From positions 15,617,405 through 15,681,404 of the forward strand of contig CM119266.1 of the NCBI GenBank assembly GCA_051294375.1: DNA of 64,000 bases, in the 5' to 3' direction. The stretch's first letter is position 1. The number at the start of each line of letters is the position of its first letter. Source of the DNA: Paraspadella gotoi. Taxonomy: Eukaryota > Animalia > Chaetognatha. Of the stretch, positions 22,882-34,160 are shown one piece after another. The position numbers and the translations under genes are program-made. A model generated the notes under the pieces. That model had not been told where the DNA came from. It made no database searches and was given only the letters and a program-made list of their open reading frames with translations.

Positions 22882-23612
22882 GTCGGATCTGCTTATCAGC
22901 AGATTCCGACTCTATAATTCACTTTGTCGGTCCGTCGGTCCCACCCCAAAATTATCATATAAGAACCTCGAATTATGATAAATTATGCAAAAAAAAATAA
23001 TGTCCGTCCGTCCATCCGTCCGTCTGTCCATCCCCCTTAGCAAAAAACTCAAATTACTCGTGATTGGATGGATGGATTGGTATGAAATTTTGTGTGTGGG
23101 TAGGAAACTGTGTGATTGAGTTGGATATGAAGTTTCGATGGAATCGTGCGAGTGGAAATTGGTTTAAATTGAAAAAACAAAAAAATCTATTTCACTATTC
23201 GAACGCTAATTGCTCATGAGTGGATAGTGCAATTGACTTGAAATTTTGTATGATGGTAGGAAAGTGTCTGATTAAGCTGGATATAAAGTTTTGATGGAAA
23301 CGTGCAAGTGGAAATGAGTTAAAATGGAAAAAACAAAAGTCATATTTACTTGAAATATTTTTACTTAAATTTATTTATGTCAGTTGACCAAATTATGTCA
23401 GTTGACCAAATTATGTCAGTTGACCAAATTATGTCAGTTGACCAAATTATGTCAGTTGACCAAATTATGTCAGTTGACCAAATAATGCAAGTTGATTAAA
23501 TTATGCAAGTTTTCGTAAGAGATCCGACATTATTTGCTCAAACTTATTTCGTATCAAAATTTGTCGTCAATCCAGATTTTTCTTATGTGATTGCGACGAT
23601 CCTTATGCTTTT
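22882..23612 (+). mobile_element. Helentron-associated interspersed element (HINE/DINE-1-like)
   Basis: T-run, then the 5' hairpin GTCGGATCTGCT-TATC-AGCAGATTCCGAC, a (GTCC/GTCT)n microsatellite and an internal 18-bp repeat. The 3' end has a sub-TIR TAAGAGATCCGAC (23516-23528), the hairpin GTCGTCAATC..GATTGCGAC and a T-rich tail. A 3'-end copy lies at ~5195-5265. Confidence 0.65.
23375..23510. repeat. 18-bp tandem repeat (GTTGACCAAATTATGTCA) x~7
   Basis: Directly visible. A degenerate copy lies at ~15184-15320. Confidence 0.9.
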
Positions 23613-26600
23613 AATATTTTTTTCCTAAATTTTGCTTATTATTTTCGCGAGCGAAAAAGTTGGCGGAGGCGATTATCTTGTTTGCCGCATTCCCTTCTTG
23701 CGATAACCTCAACGCGATCTCCAGTTTCGTCAGCCCCAGCATCTCTCCATCTCCATCTCTTCTTACGAAAATAGTTTCAGCTTTTTTTTTCACCTTCGTA
23801 TTTCTCGAGTTTCACGTTGGGCGACAGCTTTTTTTCAGCTTTATCTTCTCAGGTTACGTTGGGGTTCTAGCATTTCGTCTTCTCAGAATTCAGTTAAATC
23901 ACGGCTTTCAAAAGGTTCTTCCATTTTTACTTAAAATTATTTTTTTACTGCGTAAATTATTTTAAAAATTTAATTTCTGCCAAAGAATGCGCAATATACA
24001 TTATATGATTATACAATATCTGGATTAGTAGGTAGTAGGTAAGATTATAACTTTTTCGGCCGTTAGGCAAAACCGAAAGGATTTATTTGTCCTAATCCAG
24101 GTTAGACTCCCGTAATTTCTTTGCGAGATGCGTGTGAAATGCAAAATGTGAAATGTGAAGTCGACCGCAAAATCAGGTGAAAAAAACCAAAAAACGAAAT
24201 TTAAAAAGAAAAATCTCTTGGTCGAAATGCGAGAAAAGATTCGAAGAAGAAAAAAAAAAGAAAGAATGACGAACCATCTCGGCTTTTTGAACGGGAGAAA
24301 AGTGAGCGTAATAAGAACTTAAGGGAAGAGAGGACGTTATAAGAACTTAATCTAATTTTGAGGCGGATCGCCCCACCCGTCCTTTGAGGCGTGGGTGAAA
24401 ATAAAAAGGGGACTAGGGATCGACGAGGGTTACGCCGAAACCGAATTAGCGGTAAACAAATTATCATTAGGCAAAGTTTACGGGGGCAACGATGAATGAG
24501 TACGTATGTCTTCCGGCCAATTAGAGCCGCTTACGTCGACACGAACTAGCTTTGTTTTTTCCTTTTTTTTTTATATATTTTCCCTCGATAATGGCTTTCG
24601 TCTCGCCCGGTTTTAAAGCCGATCATAAATCCGTTAAGCGAAGCCGTTTTAAAGAAAGTTTTATCGCTGAGAAATAAGAGAAAGACTTTTTTTTTTGAAA
24701 AAACAGTAAACAGGATCGGGGGATGCTTATTTTCAGGGAGACAGATAAGATTTTATTCTTAGTGGCGAAAGAAGGGGAGACAGTGATGTGACGAAGCTCT
24801 GGAATTTAACAACGGTTCATAGTAGCGTGAAGTTTAATGCATAGGTAGGGGGTAAATCTGGATCAAGGGAAAAGTGACAAGGCTGAGACTTCGCGAAAAA
24901 AAATCCAGAGACAAATATAGACTTGGTATAGGAGAGAGAGAGAGAGAGAGAGAGAGAATTTCGCGTGAAAACGCTACTCGGTGGTTGTGATCGATTCCTG
25001 GCGTTCATCGTGAGACATCGGGAGACATCGACGGATTAGCGCCTCTGATCCCGCGAATCTCTCGTCTTTATTGACAGAGTTTGGCCACCGTAACGATTCA
25101 CATTTACTGCTCGGTTCTAAAGAAGAAACTTTGAAACAAAAGCTACCGTTTTCACTATCACTATTTGTTAAGCGCTAGCTTACATTCGCTACTTCCGCAA
25201 AAAGTCCTCACAAAAACTGTTTCCTTCTAAAGCTGGTTAAAATTTTTTTTTAAATAAATTTTCTAAATGTACAAAAAATCTAAAGTTAAAAAAGTACACA
25301 CTCTGTTCTTTCTAGATAATAAATTATATCTCAAATAGGTTTCTTAACTTTTTTGTCTCAATTTATGATCTGTTTACATCAAAATCTAAATTATTAGAGC
25401 CAATTCGCCCTCTCTCTTTGGACAAATTCGGCCCAATCCGCCCACTTTTTTCAAAGATGCGACAGTAAATCACAATTTCCAACTGTTACATTTTTTTTTA
25501 TAAAAAAGGAAGAAACACTCCGTTCACTTAAGTCCTCTTTGGTCCCATGATTACCACTCTCCCCTAATAAAATCCCTTGAATCTCAAAATTCTTGAGTAA
25601 ACTCAAACGGTATTGCTTTTGAACATAATCTCTCTCTCTCTCTCTCGTCACAATTTTTTATAAAAAGTAGAGTAACACCTGAGAATTTTTTTTTTGGCAG
25701 GTCACAGATTCTTCCTTCTTTTTCATTTTCTTTCTTTTTTTATTAGTTGTTCTGGGTGAGGAAAGGTGGGGAAAGTCGTCTGGAAGTTGAAGGAGTTTAC
25801 TGGGGTGGGATCGACCTCGGAATTTCGAGGATTATAAAAAGAATTTGTTTTAGGAAGGAGAATAATTTATTCAAAATAATTCCAATTTCTATTCTGAATC
25901 TTGACAATAATAATTAAGAATATTCTTTTTTTTTAACACACAAACCAGAACGGAAAAACTGAAACCGGAAAACTAATTCGAAAATACCACCCACTCATCT
26001 GCGGTTAAAACTTATTGGACAATTGACGTATTTCTAGTCCATCTAATTTTAAACTAGAATTTTAAACTTTTTTTTGCCTCCCTTTTCACCTGCCAACGCC
26101 CCTCAAGTGACAAGTTTTACCTTAAGTTAAATAGTGAATTTTTGTTGTTGAATATTTTGGGAATGTATACGATGCCTATTACCTAAGTGGTGACAGAGAG
26201 AATGAAGGCGAGCTCAGAAGGGAGTGAAATCAGCAGGCGGTGAAAATCTCCCGGAGATAAGGGGTGAAGCGAAAGGAGATTTAAGTTGCTGAGGAGGGGA
26301 AACGGGGGGGGGTAGTGGCTGGACAGAGGATAGGGGAAAGGGGGGGGGTTGCCAACTGCGTCACATTTTGAAGGTCGTTGAAATGTCAAAAATTCTAGAA
26401 TGGAAGGCACTGCGCTCTCTTTTGTTCCAACATTTGATTATAAAAGATTAACTAGTAGATAATGCAAAGGCAGAGAACGTTTTTAAATTATTTTATATTT
26501 CACTTCCTCAGATTATTTTTTTCAGAACGGGAAACGATAAAAAGGGTTAGACGTTAGCAAAACGCCTCGAGATGTTCTTCCCGTTTTCTTAGCTGGATTC

Positions 26601-28410
26601 GAAAAGATGAAGGAAAAATTTTGAGCTAAAGCAAATATACTGTGTTAATTTTTAAAATTTTTTTTGCTTGCCACAGGTCGCGCTTTGTTTGCGAGAAAAT
26701 TTTTAGGGCTAAGCTGTTATCCGGATAAAAAAAGAGGGCAAAATTTTATGAAAAAAAGAATTTGACGGGGTTTATGACGGGAACAAATTTCATAGGGATC
26801 TCTTTAATTTAAAAAAAAAATGAAACCCCGAGGCTACCTTTCATTAAAATTTGGTTCACTAATCTGACAAAGCTTTATTACATTAACAGTAACAGCACAT
26901 AAAAAAATCTTAGTTAAAAAAAAATTTTGTGGATTAAAACAAAGATAATAGAAAAAAAATCAATTTTGAGTATTTTTAATCAACAAAATCACCAAAGGAT
27001 CATAACATTTTCCTACTCAGAGCGTATGAATCATTCCCAAGTTTTCATGACGCTCAAGTTTTGTTCGAAAGTGAATCGATCGTGAAAAAAAAATCGTCAC
27101 AAAAGAATCACATCCTCTCCTCACAAATTCTCCTCGAATCGGAACACGAAATCTCCGGCAAAAATCGATATTTTTAAAATTTTCTTACTGAAACAAAAAA
27201 GAAACTCAGAAAGTTGCGGTATCCATATTTTCGATGAGAGTAAAAGAATAGTAGAATTTATAAAACTTATCTCAAATAAATATTCAATATTTTTAGTTCA
27301 GCCTTACGCGAAATCAATAGAACTATGTAAGTCTTAACGCGAACCTGATGAAGATTTTAGTTGTCGCGGAATCATTGAGTTATTAGACATTGACGTCATC
27401 GTCGTCGTCACCGTTGTCGTTTTCGTGGACGTCAATAGCGGCATCGATCCGCCTCGACGACGCCGCGCAAAGAAAAGCCGCTTTTGCTGGCGAGCGCCGT
27501 CGTTTTTTGGCAGCTGCGAGGCTGCGGCTCTTGCAACGGTTGTCGTACCGAGAGATTGCGTAATCCGAGTCTCAGTCAGCGCGGATAATCCGTAATCCCA
27601 GTCTCACTCTACCCAGTTTGGGATTTTGGAAAGGATCATCCCATTTCCGACCCCCCCCCCAAAAAAAAAGAGAGCGAGGGTTTTAATAGAAAATCTCAGG
27701 TCGAGTCGCTGTAATCCCCGCCCTCTTCCAGCCAAAGATATGATTGGCACAAATCTAGAGCGGAATGAATGTGGGCCAGGTTTTTAAATAGCGGTGACAT
27801 TTATTGACACTTTGATTATGGGTATTAATATTTAAGAGGAAACCCCTAATATTCAACGTTTGAATAAAAAAAAAAGAAATTAATAAGTAGAATATTAAAA
27901 ACGTGAGAACAAATTGAGACAATCTCATGTTCTGTTTAATATTTTCTGAAAAAAATTTAATGATCTAAAAAACAAGCGAGGCTTTTCAATGAATGGGTAA
28001 AGACTCTTTCTATCATCAACCTGTCATTTTAGGTCTCCATTTATGTAACAGTTTTGAGTTTTTACAATTTCCAATCTGCCCCAACCACATTCCTACTCAT
28101 CTTCAGTTTAACTAACTTTGATATATAGATACTTATTACTTATTTATCAACGTCATTTGTCTTTCATTTTATTTTTTTTACATATTCTTTCACTTTCCGA
28201 CATAAGATTAGGCTTAATAATAAAATAATTAGGAGACAAAAGAGTCTTCCTCTATAGGATTTCGGTCTTAGTCGTGCCTTCTTAGAATTACATCTTTTTT
28301 TCTTGGTTTGTGCCTTTATGCGCTTTTGTCAAGTACAGAGAAAGATAACTTTTCCGAAAGATGGTAAAGACTATTTTCCGGGAAAAATAAACATTTATAT
28401 ATACCGAATG

Positions 28411-28632
28411 GGTAGAATTTTACTTTCTTCGACTGACGTGAGGGGGGATTTTGGATTAGGGGTAGTTTAAGGATGGTAAAAAATTAGTTTAAAATTAGGG
28501 TTGGTTACGGTTAAGGGGTTGAGGGTAATTATTAATTAAGTAATAGTTTTTACCAATGCTTCGAAAAAAAAATTATATTATGTATTATTTAAAAGAAGGT
28601 TAAATCCCAGTCGGCGAAAGTAAAATTTTACC
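28411..28632. mobile_element. MITE-like element with ~25-bp TIRs
   Basis: GGTAGAATTTTACTTTCTTCGACTG vs CAGTCGGCGAAAGTAAAATTTTACC, with an internal GGTTA/TTAGGG-rich tract. The TSD is unclear. Confidence 0.5.
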
Positions 28633-29189
28633 TACAATGTCAATGATACAATTAAAAATAATGTCAGAGAAGAAAACTAACTAAATTACGAAGCTAAAAA
28701 AAAAAACAAATAAAAAAAACAAACAAATTCACTGTATTCATTGTAATTAATGAAAAAACTGTATCGAGAAAAAGAAAAATTGGCAAATCTGGGAATGATC
28801 GGAATGGTAGAAAAAATCCCTTTGATCTTGCCACGGCGGTGGGCGGGTTAAAGATCGGGGCGGGCGTATAAGGGCGGGAGGGCGGGAGGACAGTGGGTTT
28901 GGGGAGAAGGAGGCGGAGAAGACAGCGACGGAGAAGATGATGTATCGAGTAACGGACGCCCGCTGCCAGCGTAATTATTATTCGCCAGTACCCGGTGAAG
29001 GGGAGGGGAGGGAGGGCGAGGGATCGAGGGGGAAAAAGAAGGCCGCGCGGAATAAGGCCAGAGTTGGACAGATCAAGATATATGAAGCAACCTCCGTGGT
29101 TTTTTTATGAACAGAGACCAAATACATATTTCATATACAAAAATTCTTTACGCCCAATGAGCAATTGAGCATTACACACATTGACTTAC

Positions 29190-29270
29190 CTTGCGCCGGT
29201 AAATTCCGCCGGGTAAGTGAAGCTGCGGATCCAAAACTCCTTTGACCGTGGAGTAAGTCCGTCCGTTCAT
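29190..29270 (-). CDS. Candidate first coding exon of an unidentified gene (MNGRTYSTVKGVLDPQLHLPGGIYRRK)
   Basis: ATG to a perfect donor AAG|GTAAGT is 27 codons (phase 0). GC-rich, with promoter-like motifs upstream. Confidence 0.35.
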
Positions 29271-29791
29271 CGTGCCAGAGGGCGAGCGAATCGAAGGAGA
29301 GTGGCGAGCGATGCCGTTCACTAATCGGCGTTCAGTGCCGTTTAGTGACGATGGGTAAGGCGTACCAAGTAGTTGCGAGAGAATGGCCGAATTTTAAATA
29401 TGGAATCCACAGTGAATGAACGAGTTCAATAATGCTTTTTTTTCCCCCCCCGAGTCTTTAACGAGGGTCTGGCTCTTTTGACAGCGCGGAAATGACGCGT
29501 GGATGACCGCGACCGGTTCCTTCGCGGTTCGTCGATCCGATCAGCGACGATTCTTGCTCCCGATGGAAATCTCCATCTCTTTCAGCCAGACGGTGGGAAA
29601 ACGAGTTTCGAATCGAAGGAAAATCAGGTGAAAACTTTTAGTAAAGAGGAAAAAAATGTGAAAAAGAAGCGTGAATGAAATGCCAAATTGCGAGAAGAAG
29701 AAAAAAAGGGGAAAATTCGCGTTCGTGGAGGCGTAGTGAGTCTCAGCGATTCAACGACACGAGATTCGCGATTCGAAGATCGAGGACTCCG

Positions 29792-29874
29792 ATTGGACGA
29801 TTAGACCACATCGATTCTGGCCTCTCATTGGTCCCGAGGGATCGGAATCGCGAGTTCCCGAAGATTTGACGTCA
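29792..29874 (-). promoter_or_regulatory. Promoter-like cluster: two CCAAT boxes and a palindromic CRE (TGACGTCA)
   Basis: ATTGG at 29792 and 29827 (35 bp apart) and TGACGTCA at 29867-29874, at the edge of a CpG-rich island. Confidence 0.4.
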
Positions 29875-30083
29875 GGGTGAAGTTCCATTACTCTTTATAA
29901 GCTCTGAATCGCAATGGAAATGTATGTTAGTTGTTTAGATATAAGTGTTAAATAGTGTTATATTTATATCATATATATATATTATTACATATATTGATTT
30001 TTTTATGTTTATGCGTCCTTGAATATTTTAATATACATATTTTGTTAAAATATGATATTTATTAGTTAGCAGTTATATATGTA

Positions 30084-30193
30084 TGTAAGAGTGATGGAGG
30101 CCTTAAACCACCAAAGCCTGTCCAAAGTCAGGGGCAAGATAGCTTATTTATTAAATGAATGGATAATTTTTATATTGGTTGTACCAATTTCAT
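30084..30193 (+). repeat. ~110-bp interspersed repeat (also 46322-46431 plus; partial 6941-6990 minus)
   Basis: TGTAAGAGTGATGGAGGCC...GGTTGTACCAATTTCAT is near-identical at two loci. All three copies share the CCAATTTCAT end. Confidence 0.85.
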
Positions 30194-31507
30194 AAGTTAT
30201 AAACGCTAATTTTTTTTTACATTTTTGTGTCATTTTTGTGGTTCAGACTTGAAGACGATCGCTCTATTTAGATCTTACTTAAAAATTATTTTTTTAAAAA
30301 TTATTCTTAATTCTATCTATTTCAAAACCCTTTTCTAATCTCTTATCTAGTGGCATGCGGCAATGACACAACTGATCTTTAAGCCACATCTGAATCTGGA
30401 TTAAATCGGGGTTAGCAATTAAATTTAAAATTAAAATTACATTAATTGAAAATAATCGAGCTTTCTTCTCAAAATTAAATTTACGCTAATGTTTCAAGTA
30501 ATATAATGAAAACTGAAATTTGGTAAAGTTTTAATAATAATTTTTGCTGAAATAAATCCGATGTCCTATTGTTTTTATCTAGCAAACTGTAGGTGGCAGA
30601 GTTAAGTTTGGTTCACTGTCGCAATAACTGAAAAAAAACAAAAAACAAAACTTGTGTGCTGAAAAATTTGACATTTTTTGACATTAAAGTTTAATTTCTC
30701 GTTTAATCTTTTAAAAAGTTCTTCATTTCAGAACCCCTATTCAGAATAGAGAACTATTTCAGCTTTTAATAATATTATTAAGAAATCGGAAACAATAATC
30801 TTACTTTCACATAATCCGAGCACTGCAAAAAAATTTCCGGAAGAGCGGAAGTCCTATTACATGTTTGGCTGTTGCATATTATTACTCTGAGCTTGTAATG
30901 ACTTGGATAACAATCACCGGAAAACCAAGGTTTTTATTTTTCTTATTTTTCGAGAAGCCCGTTTCTGAACATCAACGTACTACAGACCACAGTGCAGATT
31001 TTTTTTTTTGGTTATACCCTTAATGTATTCTAGATCAGAATTCGGAGACAGACACCTCTCGTATCCTGTTTGGTTCCCGAGATAATGATAACATTTAAAA
31101 GAACATAAGTATTCCTTTATCAGTCTGTTTAGTCTCATACACACCCTTCTTATTCCATCGAAATCAACGTTACGTATTCTGCCTTCGGTAAAAGAAATTC
31201 GGGAGAATTTCAAAATCGGCTTTCGGAAAAAATCGTCTTATCTTCCATAATGTTCTTTTGTTTTCTTTTTTTTTTTATTACTGTAACCAATAAATAGGGA
31301 AATTTCATGTTTTTTAGCAGGAGAGCTTTTCCAACCAACGCTCTTGAACAATCATTCTTTTTTAGTTAATTTTTTTCGATATTCAAAATTTAGAAATTAA
31401 CGAAAAGGTAAGTTGACTTGGTTTTCATCCTTACAATATTCAGTTATTCACTGGACGAAAAAGTAACTAATAGAAATATTGTTTGTTAATTCCTTCTCCC
31501 TTCAGCG

Positions 31508-33792
31508 ATGGTCTTCCTCCAGGCCCTCTTGGGCGTGGCCACGGCCGTGACCAACTTCCTCGCCTGTCCGCTGCCTTTTCTCTGCGCGCGTAGCAACGAC
31601 GTCTGCTTCCCTCCGCTCGGGTGCTTCCCACGAACCGGCGCCTACAAGCACTTTCTCCACGACCCTCAGGCGCCGGACATCGTGGGCGTGCGGTTCCGGC
31701 TTCTCACGCGAGCAAATCGATGGGGAGGCATGGCCGGAAATGGCGCCGGGAACGCGGAACCGGGCGACAGCCTCGACTGGCGGGACGACAACGCCCTTCG
31801 TCTGTCCACCTTCGACGCGAACAAACCCGTCGTCATGGTGACGCACGGATTTCGAGGCGACGTCAACAAAAAGTGGATTTGGGAAATCTGCGACGCGATG
31901 CTGCTGATGGCCGACTACAATTGCGTCGTTGTTGGGTGGGGCGGCGGAGCTAAGACGCTTAATTACTTTCAGGTGGGGGAGCCGGTGTCAATCAATCTGT
32001 CGATATGACTAGTACCTAACTGCCAATCATCAATCATGCTAACCATGTAAATGATCGAATCAATTCAAATTCAAATTCAAATTTTAAACCATAAATCAAT
32101 CAATCAATTAATCAATCAATAAATCCTGTCCTCTTCAGGCCATGGCCAACATTCGCGTCGCCGGGGCCGAAATCAAGATGATGGTGGACGCGATGACGAA
32201 CTTCGGCGTCTCTCGCGACGGCGTCTGGCTTATCGGCCATTCGCTCGGCGCCCACGTGATGGGAGAGGCGGGTCGACGCGCGCCCGGCGTCGGCCGCATC
32301 ACGGGCCTCGATCCCGCGAGTCCCGGGTTTGAAGGAAAACACGTCGACGCGAGACTCGATCCCACTGACGCTCTCTTCGTCGACGTCATTCATACTGGTG
32401 AGACCTCGGACTATCTAACTATCTATCTATCTAACTATCTATCTCTATCTCTATTCATAGCTATTTATCAATCTTAATCTACCTATTTATCTATCTATCT
32501 ATCTATCTGTCCATCTTCCTTAAAAAATTTCATCCAGACATCGACGGTTTCGGCGCCGCGGAAGCTATGGGCTCCGTCGATTTCTACCCTAACGGCGGGC
32601 GCGCCCACCCCGGATGTGGCTACGTCGACGTTAACAACGAGGAAGGCTTCGTGGCGGAGACGAAAAAGGTCGTCGTCTGCGACCACCGACGAGCATATCG
32701 GTAAAGTGGGGTCTGTTTTTTTGATGAAATATTCAAATATCAGTTGGTGCGAGTCTTAGTTCAATATTTCTTTTTTATATTTGTTTTATGAAAGACTAAA
32801 AGTATGTGAATAGCTACGTGACTGCCGTTCAAATTATTAATCTAATCGACGTACTAATAAACACACCAATAAACTTACCAATCTCTCCCATCAGCTTCTT
32901 CATCGACTCTCTCCTGGCAAAGGCCGAGTCTCGTCCCTGTGCCTTCCGCTCGCGCGTCTGCGCCAACTACACCTCCTTCCTCTCCGGGGACTGCCTCCAG
33001 TGCCGCTCCCGGGATTGCCTCTTCTTCATGGGACCCGATGCGGTTAAAATGCGGCGTCGCAACTTCTCCGGCGCCGTCAAGACTTACCTGTTGACGTTGG
33101 ACGCCGCCCCTTACTGCGTCACGCATCGCTATCTCCTCTCCGTCAAACTGCGCCACGATTTCAACACGCAAAAAGGCGCCATCGATATTCGACTGACGAC
33201 GAGCGACGGCGTCGTCCTTGACCGAGAAGTAACGCACTCGAACGACGCCGAGATTCGTCCCGGCAGCGAGATCCGACGTTTGACGGCCTTCCGGCGCGAC
33301 GTCATGCCCACGTCTTCTTCTTCGTCGTCGTGGAGAATCGGAAGCCTTACGCTGCAGGTCCGCTACCGGCAGAATTGGGCGTCGACATCGTCGGCGACAT
33401 TGTCCTGGCACGCCAGGAGCGTCGTTAAGGTCGAGTCGGCGTCGGTGGAGAAGATGGCGTCGTACGGCGTCAACGAAGTCGGGGTCGGCAAAATCACATT
33501 TTGCCCAATCAGCGGCGTCGTCGATTCCAAGTGGCAGACAATGTCGGAGTGCAACGTTTTCGCCGCTGGGGGCGTTGCGGGGGACGGGACTGGTGGAGCT
33601 ATCGGAGGAGCGGCCAGCGTAGCGACCGATGGAGCTCAGCCGTCGCCGAATTACGATGACTGGATCGAAGAGGTGGAGGGCGCGGGGTGGAACGAGGGTG
33701 GCGTCGGCGGAGAAAATTGGCGCGAAACGTTGGGATGGGATGAGGGAGAATTATTGAGCGACGATGACTACACTACGATCGCTCCAGAGTGA
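31508..33792 (+). CDS. Pancreatic lipase-related protein (alpha/beta hydrolase lipase plus PLAT-like C-terminal region); exons 31508-31972, 32139-32397, 32538-32700, 32895-33792
   Basis: Splice phases are consistent. Motifs: [19 protein letters not shown] (Ser), RITGLDPA (Asp), FVDVIHTD, DFYPNGG..HPGC, CDHRRA (His). Hydrophobic N-terminus. Confidence 0.92.
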
Positions 33793-34160
33793 TTTTCAAG
33801 ATTTAAAATTTAAAAAGAAAGAATTTATTGATTAATCTTTAAAAATTGTTATCTAAAAGTTTTTTGATAGATTTTTTTGTTATGCCTTGTTCGTGACTAA
33901 CTTTGTGAGATATTCTCCAACAAACGTTGATTTAATTAATTTGAAAATGAGTTTCGTTATCACTCGTTCATATGATACACACCTCGGCTCCTGTTGAATA
34001 ATTTTGAAAATGTTTTTATTTTGTTACGTTGCACGACTGTGAAAAACTCTGTTCAAATGGAAATTTAACTGTTATTCCAAGTTAAACCAACTAAATTTTA
34101 TCACTTTTGAGTACAGTTAAACTTATATTGACAACATCTTCATAAAGAACATAAAATAAG

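Larger units (their letters stand above)
16913..23536 (+). repeat. Copy 2 of the ~6.6 kb duplicated block (intact ORF)
   Basis: Collinear with 8682-15348. It starts just after an N gap. Confidence 0.95.

Noticed and set aside
23375-23510. Regular repeat array as CRISPR
   Set aside because: Contiguous 18-bp units with no spacers, a eukaryotic context and no cas genes.
23611-23965. Moderately GC-rich ORFs on both strands
   Set aside because: No recognisable motif and no clear splice boundaries.
28455-28526. Telomere-like TTAGGG/GGTTA tract
   Set aside because: Degenerate and internal to a MITE-like element; not a telomeric array.
29183-29350. ACTTACCT resembling the U1 snRNA 5' end
   Set aside because: No U1 loop I (GATCACGAAG), loop II (ATTGCAC) or Sm site follows. 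It is better explained as the reverse complement of a splice donor.
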